In this document: one piece after another, positions 51,881 to 64,000 of the stretch
Layout of the letters: each line of letters starts with the position of its first letter
How positions within the stretch are numbered: the stretch's first letter is position 1
Source of the DNA: Mobula hypostoma
Lineage: Eukaryota
Direction: 5' to 3'
Length of the DNA stretch: 64,000 nucleotides
NCBI RefSeq assembly: GCF_963921235.1
Contig: NC_086097.1
Coordinates: 125,676,001-125,740,000, forward strand
The notes under the pieces: model-generated
The model's input: the letters and a program-made list of their open reading frames with translations, nothing else
The model's database searches: none
What the model was told of the DNA's origin: nothing
Translations under genes and position numbers: made by a program

Positions 51881-54659
51881 TGACCTGTGACACAGGCACT
51901 TCCAGCTTTCTCCACACCATCTTCACAACCCCATTCCTCACATTCATAGACATTGCTTTTAGTACTGCTGTATCGTATTCCTTAAAGCCAATAGCTCTGT
52001 GGCCACTCACGTAGCACTCCGGGTTGGGTACACTACTGCAATGATTAGGGGCTAACCTGGCCCCTCCCTCTCCAGTAGCGGAAGGTCCTTCTCCACCGAC
52101 TCCTTGCAGTAGCTGTGCCAAAGTACAGTTCCTCCCTCAGCCTGGAATGAAAAACAGATTTTATTTTATCAAAATAAACTTTATTCATGATTTTAAAATA
52201 TTTACAGGAATAAACTATGCTGTTCTATTACATTCCTACACATCAATAGCACTGTTGCTACTCATGTGGCCCCCCCCCCACTGAGGCGGTACACCACTAC
52301 AATGATTGAGGGGCTTCCTCACCCAACCCGGCCAGTCCCTCTCCAGTAGTGCAGACCATTACATATTTCACTCTGGCATTCTTCTTAAACATCAAAATTA
52401 GTTTGGTTTCAAATGTCAGTTTTGGCAGTTCTTTTGTTTTTTTTTGCTAATTCCTATAGTTCTGCCCAGGTACTGGTGTTTCCTTCCTTTGGAGTTGTAA
52501 TGGTTCAATGAATTCTCGCTCCCACTTAGAGGGGGCAAACCTCATTCTGCAGGAGCTGAATTGCTCAGCTATAACACTTGGGTCCGAGCTATCTTTCCTT
52601 TGCTTGTTATTAAAGGTGGTGTAAAACATGCAGTCTTTCAAATTGTAGCCAGCTTTCTTTTGAGTCATTATGTTTGTGTGCTCCCTGTTACGTGCCGGCA
52701 GATCAGGAACGACAAGGGCGTAGAACGATTAAAGGCTTTCACTGAGCCATGTTAGTAATGGTACTGTACACGCAGGGCAACTTACAATGTGGAAGTTAGG
52801 AGCCGGGTCAGCCGAGGCAAAAACCAGGCGCACTCGAAAGCCCGACCCGAAAGAGAGATCCCTCTGCACGTGGGTGGCCCAGTCAATGCTGTCAAATGGC
52901 CACCCGCGCACTCCGGCAACTGGTCTGATGTGGTACCTCTGCGAACAAGCTGAAGTGGTACACTCCCTCGATAGCTGGCTTCCTAAAACAGAGGACCACC
53001 GAATAATTGCTATTGATTAGGGCGGCACTGAAGTGTAGGGGTTAGTGTGATGCTGTTACAAGACCAGAGACGTGGGTTCAATTCCACTGCTCTCTCTGAG
53101 GAGTTTGTACATTGTCCCTACCACCACGTGGATTTCCTCTGGGTGCTCTGGTTTCCTCCCATATTCCAAAAGCGTACGGGTTAGTAGGCTAATTGGTCAC
53201 ATGGGTGTAATTGGGCTCATTGGGCCAGAAGGGCTCAACACCGTGCTGTATCTCTAAATTTAAAAAAAAACAAGAGAACTTACAGTCTTTTTCTTTCATT
53301 GGGAGAGAATTGACTGTTAAACTGACTGATTTATCACATTTAGTTTTCATCAGTGTAACCTAAATACTTAATGACCTGCCCACCCATGAACCAGATCTTC
53401 CATGGAACATGTTGCTCATCATAAGTGTATTTCTTATGTTATTTGTCTCAAATGTCTAGATTTCTGATGTTATCAGGAGGAATAGCATACAGTGTTATCT
53501 GTGACAAGTCATTCCAAGAGCCAAATTACATAAACATGACATTAAATTCAGCTTTGATATTTAGTACGTGTCTGTATTTCAGATACACTCAGTGCCAGAC
53601 TGAGAAGACATGTTGAAGCTCAGTGGGAGAATGAGGGGCAAGTGACTTAATAGTAACCCATTATCAACGAATTTAATACAACATACTAATTCTGCACGAC
53701 TTCGTGCAAGAATCTCAATAATACAGTACTTACTTCACAAAGACTTCTGTTACTTTTGGCTAGTTTAATTTTCCACATTGACAGCAGGGCTGTGCAAAAT
53801 GAAATTTGTTTCTTTCAAAATTCAAAGTTCAAAATAAGTTTAATACTAAAGTGCGTATATGTCACCAAATACTACCCTGAGATCCACTCTCTTCCAGGCA
53901 TTCACAGCAGAACAGAGAAATAAAATAGAATCAATGAAAAATCATGCACAAAGACTGACACCAAACAATGTGCAAAGGAACGCAAATTACAAATACAGTA
54001 AATAAATAAATACAGAGAACATGAGGTGTAGGGTCTTTGAAAGCGAGTCTGTAGGTTGTAGAATCAGGTCAGAACTGAGTGAAGCTACCCATGTTTTGGG
54101 ACCTTGTACTACACAATGACAAAAGTTGCCACTTGAATAATCAGGTTACGTCCATGAAAATGTGCAATAGTTCAAAACGGGGATAATTGATTTGTAATTC
54201 TCTCGTGGAAAATGGGTGTTACTGGCAAAGTCATAACCTAATCATCTTTCATAAGTGGTTGGGGCTCTGGAGAAGCTTGTTTGGTCCACCTGGTGAGTAT
54301 ACACCCACGATGAAATTCGACCTGGTGCCAGTGACAACGAAGAGATGACAATGGATTCCTAGGTCAAGAGGGTCAAAGCTTGAAGTTCAAAGTAGATTTA
54401 TTATTGATGTACATAAATGTCACCATACACTATCCTGAGAGTCATTTTCTTGCAGCCATTCAGAATAGAACAAAGAAATACAATAGAACCAATGAAAAAC
54501 AACACAGAAAGACTGACAACCAACCAAAGGGCAAAATGCTCCCAGTGGCCGCAGCGAGAAGAGAACGTGGCTCTCTGACTGGTGGGAATAATTGACGATG
54601 GACGCTGCTTTCTTATGGCTACGCTCCTTGTAGATGTGCTCTTTTGGTAAAGTGGTAAG

Positions 54660-55320
54660 TGATGGCAATTCCATTCACCTGTAGTCTTTGTATTCAAGGC
54701 CTTAGACGGTACGGGTTTGGGAGGTGCTGTTGAAGAAACCTCACAAATCACTGCATTCTGCTCTGCAGATGGCACACAGAGTAGTCACCACTCCTGTACA
54801 GGGTGACTTCTCAGGAGGGTTGATGGCATGAAAAGCAAGTGGGTTGCTTTGCCCTAGATGGCATTGCATCTGCATTCAGCCAGGCAGGTGGAGAGTATTC
54901 CATCTGATTCCCGAACCTTGCCTTCCAGTTGGTGGAAAGGCTTTGAGAGATTCTCACCCAAGGATTTCCAGTCTCTTGTTCTTGTAGCCACACAACTGAT
55001 GGAGCTGGTCAGTTACTTCCGTTATTCACGGAGATCCCTGCAGCATGTTGGTTGGAGGAGCGGAGCTGATGAAGGGTCTCAGCCCGAAACGACAACTGCT
55101 TATTCCCCTCTGTTGATGGTGCCTGAGTTCCTCCAGCAATTTGTATGCTTTGCTCTGGATTTTGAGCATCTTGTGTTTCCGACAGTAACTTGGTTGAAAT
55201 TACAGAATAGATGCTCAGACTCTGTTTTGTTAGAGATGGTTTTGTGACATTGACTACTCCAGAATATTGTGTAGGTCTTGCTACATGAGAATGTGCTCTA
55301 CTTCATTTACTGAGGAGTTC
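54660..55320 (-). mobile_element. Ancient CR1/L2-group LINE fragment with a nested solo pLTR (~55063-55180)
   Basis: QSLSTNWKARFGNQMEYSPPAWLNA resembles LSTIYKAQVRSVMEYSPLAW. Confidence 0.55.
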
Positions 55321-56454
55321 AGCCAGTAGTTCAGCCAATGAATAGTTTTAATAAGGGCAACTCTACTCAAGCATAAGATCTGAGCAAATTTCACAATTTA
55401 GAAATAAAATAAAACTAAGTGATGGGAGAGAAAGATATGTAATGTTGCAGATAGGCAAATGAAAGAAAAATAAAACAGCCGAGAAGGCAAGCAAAAAAAT
55501 TGAGCCTCATGCCAACAACATGTAAGAACAAGGACATTCAGCGATCTAGATGTAAACAGGGTTTAAGTATCTCAGCTCTAACCAGTCACAGTTGAAATTA
55601 TATCTCCAACAAGCTAAATGAAATGATTCATACTTTACATTATAAAACTCTGTGTGGGCAATATTTCCTGCCCTGCTATTGTTTTATGTCAAAGTACTGT
55701 GTAATGATTTGATCCATGGGAACAGCATGCTGGACGAGCTTTTTACTGTATGTGACAGGAATTGGGCAGCACCGTAGTGTAGTGGTTAGTGTAACGCTAT
55801 TACTGATAGATCAGGGTTCAATTCCGGCCCCTGTCTGTGAGGGGTTTGTACGTTCTCCCTGTGACCATGTGGGTTGCCTCCCGCTGATCCATTTCCACCT
55901 CACCCCCCACACTCCAAAGACATATGGTTAGGATCAGTGAGTTGTGAGCCAGCTATGTTGGCTCTGGAAGCATGGACATACTTGTGGGCTGCCCCTAGCA
56001 CAAACCTTGCCGATTTAAGTTGACTCAAAATATCACATTTCACTGCATGTTTCCATGTACATGTAACAAATAAAGCTCTTTAACCCTATTGCAATACCAA
56101 TAATGACTGCTTTTGTTGTACAGAGACTTTAGGCCAATCACACTTCACAGTTGATATTTAATAGCATCTGCTATTTTCTGGCATCTGAAATGGATTTTTA
56201 CAAGAAAAGTTATCCAAAAAAGCAGAGGTTAAGAAGGTGTTTCTTCACACAGCGAGTGGTTGGTACATGGACTGCACTTCCAGGGGTGGTGCAGCACACT
56301 TATGAAACTACGTGGCTATAGAAAGCTGGATGGTTCAGTAGGGGGCAAGGGTTAGATTGATCTTAGAGTAGGTTAAAAGGTCAGAACAACATTGGGGGCC
56401 GAGGGTCTCCACTATGCTGTAGTGTTCTATGATCTATGTTTTATGGGCTGCATA

Positions 56455-57060
56455 AAACACAGGAGATCCTGCAGATGCTGGAGATCCAGAGTAACACACT
56501 TCACGTGGAGGAGCAACTCAGCAGTTCAAGCAGCACCTATGGAGAAGAATAAACAGCTAATGATTCAGGTCGAGATCCAGAAGATGGGGGAAGGGGGATG
56601 AGTGCAGGCCGGCAGGTGATTGGTGAAGCCAGGTGAGGGAGAAAGTGGGTGGGTGGGGGGGGGAGGGTTAGAATTCAGTGAGAAGCTGAGAGGTGATAGG
56701 TGGATATGGTCAAGGGCTGAAGAAGAGAGAATCTGATAGGAGGAGATAGTGGGCCATGGGAGAAAGGGAAGGTGGAAGGGCATTGGAGGTGAGGAGAAGA
56801 GAAGGGTAAGAGGGGAGTCAGAATGGGGAATTGAAAAAGAGAGACGGGAGGGCAAGATTACGGATGTTGGAGAAACTGATGTTCATGCCCTCAGGTTGGA
56901 GGCTACCCAGACAGAATATGATGTGTTGCTCCTCCATCCTGAGGGTGTTCCCATCTCTTTTCCAGTCCTAATGTCTTGTCCAAAAATGTCGATCGTTTAT
57001 TCCTCTCTATCGATGCTGCCTGACCTGCTGAGATCCCATGGCATTTTGTGTGTGTTACTT
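56455..57060 (-). mobile_element. Penelope 3' fragment with an inverted pLTR
   Basis: Minus-strand EEQHIIFCLGSLQPEGMNI remnant; plus-strand pLTR at 56950-57060. Confidence 0.75.
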
Positions 57061-57403
57061 AAAACTTAGCAAGCTGTGTTCACCATTCCCAGATTGTTCA
57101 CCCACTGTCAGGTCTGTCACTTCCCAAAACCATTTCCTAAATACATTTGAATTAATTACTAAAGTAATTTAAATTAACCCAATTAATTCTGAAATGTAAA
57201 TTAGTTGAATCCCGTGCAGCTGTTACTCCCCACAGAATGGCAATAAACCTGTGCTGAAAACCAAACTTGGTCCCAGTTCAGTCAGGATGCAGATGCACGA
57301 CAGAGGCATGGGTCTCTCGTCAAGTCCAGGATTTGCCTCAGAAAGAAAAAAAGCCTAGCCTTCTCTTCACAAGAAGTTGTGAACTGTAGGAATAACAAAT
57401 ACA

Positions 57404-57744
57404 GAGCAACACACGCAAAATGCTGGAGGAACTCCACAGGTCAGGCAAATCTCAGCAACCTCCTTTACCTTTTCCACCTATCACCCCATAGCTCTTACTT
57501 CATCCCCCTCTCCCACCCACCCACCTTACCCCTCATCTGATCTCACTTGCCAGCTTATACTCCATCCCCTCCCCTACCTCCTTATTCTGGCTTCTTCTCC
57601 CTTCCTTTCCGGCCTTGGTGAAGGGTATTGGCCTGAAACATTGATTGTTTATTCCCCTCCATCGATGCTGCCTGACCTGCTGAGTTCCTCCAGCATTTTG
57701 TGCGTGTTATTCTGGATTTGCAGCATCTGCAGAATCTCTTGTGT
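57404..57744 (+). mobile_element. Penelope insert with a short inverted pLTR end
   Basis: 12-bp TSD ATAACAAATACA at 57392-57403 / 57745-57756. Confidence 0.85.
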
Positions 57745-59088
57745 ATAACAAATACATATGGGGTCAGCCTGTTTCAATATCTCGAATAACCAGTGTAGAC
57801 AAGCAGGGACAAATGTCGTTCATTCTAAATATAGGGACCTAATGTTGACAGTGTTAATGCAATGACTGTTATGTTAGGTATACTGAGTCAGAACATTTGA
57901 TCTTGTATTTTTAATTTTATTCTCCACGCCTCTGTGCAAACATTCTGACAAATACTGCAGTGACTCATAGTTAGTCAAAGTTCCAGAAATATGATTTTCA
58001 ATATTAACTTTCAAGCAGTGTTTGAGGGTAATGGTGAATTCAAAGGTAAAACCATCCCAACTTTCTCTTAGAACGTTTGTAAACAGAATCAGGTTTATTA
58101 TCACTGGAAAATGTCGTGAAATTTGTTGTTTTCTGGTGGGAGTACAGTGTAATACATCAAATACGCTAAAGATTATCATAAGAAACATATATAGATATAT
58201 ATATTTCACTCTCTTGTACAACATTTTATATATAAATATATATATATATAATTAATAAATAGTGCAAAAAGAGAGCAGAAATAGTGAGTTCGTGTTCATG
58301 GATTCATTGTCCGTTCAGAAATCTGACAGCAGAGGGGAAGAAGCTGTTCCTAAAACGTTGAGTGTGCATTCTCAGACTCCTGTACCTCCTCCCTGATGGT
58401 AGTAATGAGAAGAAAGCATGTTCCAGATGGTGAGGGTCTTTAATGAATGGATGCTGCCTTCTTGACGCACTGCCTTTTGAAGATGTCCTCAATGCTGAGG
58501 AAGACTGGCTGAGTTTACAACCTCCTGCAGATTTTTCTGATCCTGTCCTGTGGCCCCTCCATACCAGACAGTGATGCAAATCTGTCAGAATGCTCACCAC
58601 GGTACATCTGTAGAAATTTGCTGGAGTGTTTGGTGACATACTCAAATTCCTAGTGAAGTATAGCCGCTGGTGTGCCTCCTTCGTAACTGCATCAGTACGT
58701 TGGGCCCAATAGATCCCCGCTCTGTTCAGGGACTATTTTCATTGGAATGGCAGTTCCAGTAATGGAGAAGTGGTTTGCCCTATGTAATTATTCAAACTTG
58801 AGAAGGAGCAATGGGAATGTATCGATCACCTTGAGTCAGTGTGTCGGGAGCTCACAAAAGCTGCGTGTAAATGACAAAAGAGCTACACCACCTCTCCAAT
58901 ACCTAGCAGGCACCACATCGGAATCTGCTGAACCAGAGTGGAAGCAAGCCATACCTGAGGGACTGCCTCAGAAGGTTGAAAACCGAATTACTGAGCAAGT
59001 TATTGTATGTACTCAGTGGCCATTTTATTCGGTATAGCAGGCACTGTACCTAACAAGTGTATTTCATAAAGTGGCCACTGAGTGTAGC

Positions 59089-59503
59089 TGTCACACCTCA
59101 AACTGGCCACCAGAGGGAGGCAAAGATGACAAGGCCAACCCTTTCCCGCTCACCTGCCTATTAGACTAGTTATTAGTTCATTGTTATCATCTGTGCCTTG
59201 TTTGTAGTCCTATATAAGTTGATTATTCCTTGTTTCTTTGCTTAATCCTGGAATAATCTTTTGTAAGTGAAGCCTTGCTTTTGTTTGTAGGAATCTCTAG
59301 TTTCTACATTTTTTAATATTTTGACTTTGCCTGTTAGTTTGTTTTGGACCCTCTCCCGGTACCTGACCTGCTGAGGAATCCAGTAAAGCCTTTTGGATTT
59401 TTTCCCTCTAACTTTGTGTGACTTTTCTCTGCGACTGGGTTCACCACTGTACAGTGGGAGCGGGAAACTAAGACAGAAGCAAGGTTCCTAGTCAGCTGTG
59501 ACA
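59089..59503 (+). mobile_element. Solo LTR (415 bp)
   Basis: 7-bp inverted termini TGTCACA...TGTGACA; 5-bp TSD GTAGC/GTAGT; TATATAAG at ~59211; AGTAAA at ~59382. Confidence 0.75.
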
Positions 59504-60829
59504 GTAGTTCACAGTGCTTGGATCTGGAGAGTTGGGAGAAAATAGAGACCAAGTAGTGTCAGTAGTTGATTAAATGTCTGTGATAAACTCATTGTCATAC
59601 TTGCTGCAACTTTTGTTTATTCATCTTTAAATAGTGAAATATCCTCCAGGTAATTTGCATTGAAACAGAATAAAATCTGCAACAAATGCATTTGGGTTAA
59701 GTGATGGTTTATGACTGTAGTGGCTAAAAATTCAGTCATACCAAGGGCAGGAATGCAGAGAACAGATCACATGACAGGAGGAGAAAGCCAGAGGTCTGTG
59801 AGCCAGTCTTCATTAGGGGATTGGAAGTGGTGAGGATTAGTAACTTTAAATGCCTTGATGTTATAATTTTAGAAGATCTGTCCTAGGACCAGCATGTAAA
59901 TGTCATGACAAAGGACACTTGGCAGTGTCTCTGCTTAGAGGTTTGTGCAGGTTTGGGACGTAATCTAAAACTTTGACCAACTTTTATATGGTAGTTGCAG
60001 GGTGGAGGGTACCTGGGCTGATTGCATCATGGTGTCATATGGAACCATCAATGCCCAAAAACAGAAAAGTCTACAGAAAGTGATGGACCCAGCCCAGTTC
60101 ATCACAGGAAAAGCCCTCCCCACCATTGAGAGCATCTACAAGGAGCACTGCCACAAGAAAGCAGCATCCATCATCAAGCTATTGCGCCACCCCCCCACAC
60201 CCCACCATCCAGGTTGTGCTCTCTTCTCACTGCTGCCATCAGAAAGGAGATGCACAAACATTGGGTCCCACTACACCAGGTTCAATATGGTTATTACCCT
60301 TCAAACATCAGGCTCCTGAACCAGCAAGGATAACTTCACTCACCTTAACACTGAACTGATGACTGAACACAATCTATGGATTCACGTTCAAGGACTTTAT
60401 AACTCATGTTCTCTATATCATTTATTTATTTATTTGTTATTCTTTGTATTTGCACAGTCTGTCTTGTACGTTGATTGTCAGCCTTTGTATGTAGTGCTTC
60501 ATTGATTCTATTGTATTTTTTCAACTGTAAATGCCTACAAGAAATTAAATCACAAGGCAGCATATGGTGATGTAGTGAATTTACATTGAAATCTTAACTT
60601 TGAATGTTGAGCTTTGATCAGTCGGGTGAAAAGTTCTAGTCAAACAATATGCTTCTGCCAGTCTGTGCAACTATTTGGAAAGATCTGATGAGAATGTCCA
60701 CACACTCAGTTCATCTACCTTATCAGTCCAACCAAAAGGTCACTAGCATGGTGTCCTGTCCCATTTCATTTCACTAATTAAAATTAGAAAACACTAATTT
60801 AGGCTTTATATCTGTAAATCTCCTGTGTT

Positions 60830-63095
60830 TTAAGATGCTTATGAGTAAGGATAAAATTGGATCTTGTGGGACTAAATTGAGACAGGGTACTTTACAATGG
60901 GATAAAGTGGGAGCTTAAGGACATTAATTTGGAGAAGCCACTTTGGAAAAGTCCATGTATGACATGTGGAGATGCTTAAAGACCAGCTGATCAGAGTTCA
61001 GGCATCTTCTGGAGAAGCTAAGCTAAGAGAACGTTGGAAAAAAAATGCAGTCAGGAAGGAAAAGGAAGCATATGTAAGGTTTAGGAGGCCAAAATCAGAC
61101 TGGGCCATTGTGGAATTTAAAGATGGTAGGAAAGCAGGTGATTAGGAAGGCTGAAAGAGGCCATGAAGTGTCCTTGGCGAGCAGGGTCAAGGAATTTTAT
61201 ACCTTTATTAGGAAAAAGCTGATAAATAAGGGTAAGACCACTCGAGGATAGAGTAGGGAAGTTGTGTTTGGAGTCAAAGCAAGTAGCTGAGGTAAATGTG
61301 TGCTTTGTGTCGGTAGTTACCAAGGAGAAGGGCTTGGGGATAGTGAAGGCTGAATGAGACATGCTAATGCACTGGGGCATTTTGAGATTAAGGAGGAGGT
61401 AGTGCTGGGGCTTCTGAAAAGCATTAAGGTGGATAGGTCTTCAGGGCTTGATGACACATATCCCAGAATATTGAAAGGAACAAGTGAGGAAATTGCTGGG
61501 GCCTTCCAAAGCTCTTTAAGTCCTAACTAACAACAGGCAAGGTCCCCGAGGGCTGGAGAGTAGCAAGTGTAGTGCCTCTGTTTGAGAAAGGAGTTTAGAT
61601 CAGTGAGCCTCATATCATGGGTATGGAAGCTGTTGGAGTGGATACATTTAGAATAGCATAGCCTGCATAGGGACTGTCAGCATGGCCTTGGGCAGGGCAG
61701 GTCGTGCCTCACAAACTTGATCAAGGAGATAAAGGAGTTGGATGAAGATAATTCAGTGGACATTATCTACATGAATATTAGTAAGGCGTTTGATAAGGCC
61801 CTTCATGGTAGGTTGGTTCGGAGTCAGGTATATGGTTCAAATTTGTTGTTTGGCAGCAGCAGTACAGTGTCACACATAAAAAAATTACTATAAATTAAAA
61901 GAAGAATGTATTAAACAAATAGTGCAGAAAGAGAGTAGAATGGTGAGGTGGTCTTCGTGGACTGTTCATATATCTGATGGTGGAGAGGTGGAAGCTGTTC
62001 CTAAAACATTGAGTTTGTGTCTTTAGGCTCCTGTACCTCCTCCCTGATGGAAGTATGGGATTCAGGGTGAAATGCAAGTTTGGATTTAGAACTGGCTTGC
62101 CCAGAGAAGACAGAGTGTAGGGGTGGAAGGTTGTTATTCTGGCTGGGGGTCTGTGACCAGTGGTGGTCCACAGAGATCTTTACTGGGACCTCTGTTGTCT
62201 GTCATATATAAGTGACCTGGATGAAAACGTAGGTGGGTGGGTTTGTAAGTCTGCAGATGAAATTAAGATTAGTGGTGCTGTGGATAGCATAGAAAACTGG
62301 CAAAGTACACAGCAAGATGCAGATCGGCTGCAGATATGGGCAGGTAATTGGCAGATGGAGTTTAGCCCAGCCAAATCTGAAGTGATGCGCCTTGGTAGGT
62401 CAAATGTAAAGAGACAGTACACTGTTAATGGCAACACCCTTACCTGTGCTGATGAGCAGATCCATTGCTCCCTGAAAGAGGCTACACAGGCTGATAGGGT
62501 GGTTATGAAGGCATATGGCATGCTTATCTTTATTAGTCTGAGGAACTGAGTTAAGACTCTACGTAGGTTGCATCTGGTTTATTGAATCCAGTTCTGGCTC
62601 CCCCATTATAGAAAATATGTGGAGGCTTTGGAGAGGGTACAGAAGAGGTTTACCATGATGCTGTCTTGATTGGCGGGCACACCCTATCAGAAGAGGTTGG
62701 ACAGACTCGGGTAATTTCCTCTGGAGGGTTGGAGGCTGAAAGGGGAGCTGACAGAAGTTTGTAAGCTTATGAGAAACATAGGAAGAGTAGACATCCAATT
62801 TCTTTTCCTCAGGGTTGAAATATCTAATAGCAGAGAGCATTTATGTAAGTCAGAGGGGTAAATTCCAAAGACAATGTTTTTTGCACAGAGTGGTGGGTCC
62901 CTGCATTGCACTGCCTGGGGCGCTGGGGGAGGCAGATGTGATTCAGGCATTCAAGGAGCTCTTAGACAAGAACATGGATGTGAGGATGATGGCTGAATAT
63001 GGGCCTTGTGTAGGCAGAAGAGGTTAGTTTAGTTGGGCATTTCATTACAACATTGTGTGGCTGAAGGGTTTGTTCCTGTTCTTGTTCTATGTTTG
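60830..63095 (+). mobile_element. Old CR1 ORF2, heavily decayed
   Basis: QHG.GQGRSCLTNL, SKAFDKA.HGRL, KSADEIKISG, LERVQKRFT remnants. Confidence 0.8.
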
Positions 63096-63158
63096 ATGCT
63101 CCAATTCTCTATCCATCAGGGAGCGGAAAGCCATCTGACATACAGACCCTCTGTTTTA

Positions 63159-63186
63159 TGTGTGTGTGTGTGTGTGTATGTGTGTC
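63159..63186. repeat. (TG)n microsatellite
   Basis: TGTGTGTGTGTGTGTGTGTATGTGTGT. Confidence 0.9.
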
Positions 63187-63214
63187 TATGTAAGAACAAA
63201 AAAAATTGAGAGAA

Positions 63215-63942
63215 TAGCTGGGATTCCCTTCATTTATTCTGGGCACTATGCTGCTTAACTGGGGCAGAAGACTGTTACCGAGCAGTTTCTAACTAGCATC
63301 AGTCACGTGCATGTATGTGACCAATAGACATGACACTGTGCTTAGACAGAACAGTTTTAAATAGCGTCAGTTGTGTGGTTGTGTTCAAAAGGCAGTGATT
63401 TTTTTCATTGATATGTAATCGGTGGGAAATAAGCAGTAAGACAATTCCGAACCGTTTTGCTCACTGCAGTTTCAAACACTTGGGCTTGAAGATGCAAGAA
63501 ACCATCATGAATGAAAATAAAACAACTTCACCACTTCAACAATTTAGGAACTATGAAGAATTTGAAGGTATCGACAATCATCTTGAATGTTACAATAACA
63601 ATGAAGACTTGAAAGATGCAAATGTTGAAAGCACTGTATGAAGGTAGTTCATTATCTGTACTGGGTGTCTGCACTGATTTTGTTCACTTACAGTCAATCA
63701 AAGAACAGGACAGTGTACACGGGATGAATTCCTTTGTCAATAACTGTTAGGAACTAATCGATAGTTTTATAGACCTGTTGTGGCATTGGTAGTGTTCTAA
63801 TTTGTTCTCTATTTCATTTAAATACATATTGTTACTCAATTAAAAGGTAGTTTGTCTTTTTTATAGCTTTTTAACTAGTTCCATGAAAGTTTGGCTAATT
63901 GGGGTCCCAAAATGTACTGGTCTAGATGTGTCCTAATTAACC
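63215..63942 (+). mobile_element. Tigger/pogo-like non-autonomous remnant
   Basis: ORF 63408-63641 WEISSKTIPNRFAHCSF resembles the Tigger C-terminal W..VS..TI.NCF.H/KCGF motif. Confidence 0.55.
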
Positions 63943-64000
63943 GACCCCTGCAGAACACCTCTAGTCACCAACAGCCAACCATAAAAGCCCTCTTTATTCC

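Noticed and set aside
52686..52990. CpG-rich TGTTAC...AAACA segment as a solo LTR
   Set aside because: Plausible, but the termini are imperfect and no TSD was found, so it is not supported enough to call.
53583..53637. Plus-strand exon candidate (TCTGTATTTCAG acceptor, GCAAGT donor)
   Set aside because: The donor is non-canonical in a weak context and the peptide is unrecognisable.
57883..57967. Two AP-1 sites (TGAGTCA, TGACTCA)
   Set aside because: 7-mers like these are expected several times by chance in this window, and there is no other support.

Overview
This is eukaryotic vertebrate genomic DNA. The repeat families (abundant CR1 LINEs, Penelope-like elements, HE1/V-type SINEs, Rex1/Babar, Tx1, Tc1) point to a cartilaginous fish, probably a ray; this is an inference. 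Most of the window is nested, decayed transposable elements, and I could not identify any host protein-coding gene. Every long ORF is either LINE/Penelope/transposase-derived or a minisatellite artefact. The clearest host feature is a ~1.7 kb CpG island (~34.9-36.6 kb) with a CRE palindrome, a CCAAT box and a consensus minus-strand splice donor, probably a promoter and non-coding first exon. The most interesting signals are: (i) about 14 copies of a minimal type-I hammerhead ribozyme motif in Penelope pseudo-LTRs, with many short inserts starting at the ribozyme's 5' edge and several carrying 9-14 bp TSDs; (ii) two minisatellites born inside retroelement coding sequence, a 39-bp unit from a Penelope ORF and an 18-bp unit from a Tx1 stop-codon region; (iii) a solo LTR carrying a near-consensus CTCF motif; (iv) templated-insertion and local-duplication scars. 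Family assignments come from recognised protein and sequence motifs, not from database searches, and the boundaries of old fragments are approximate.
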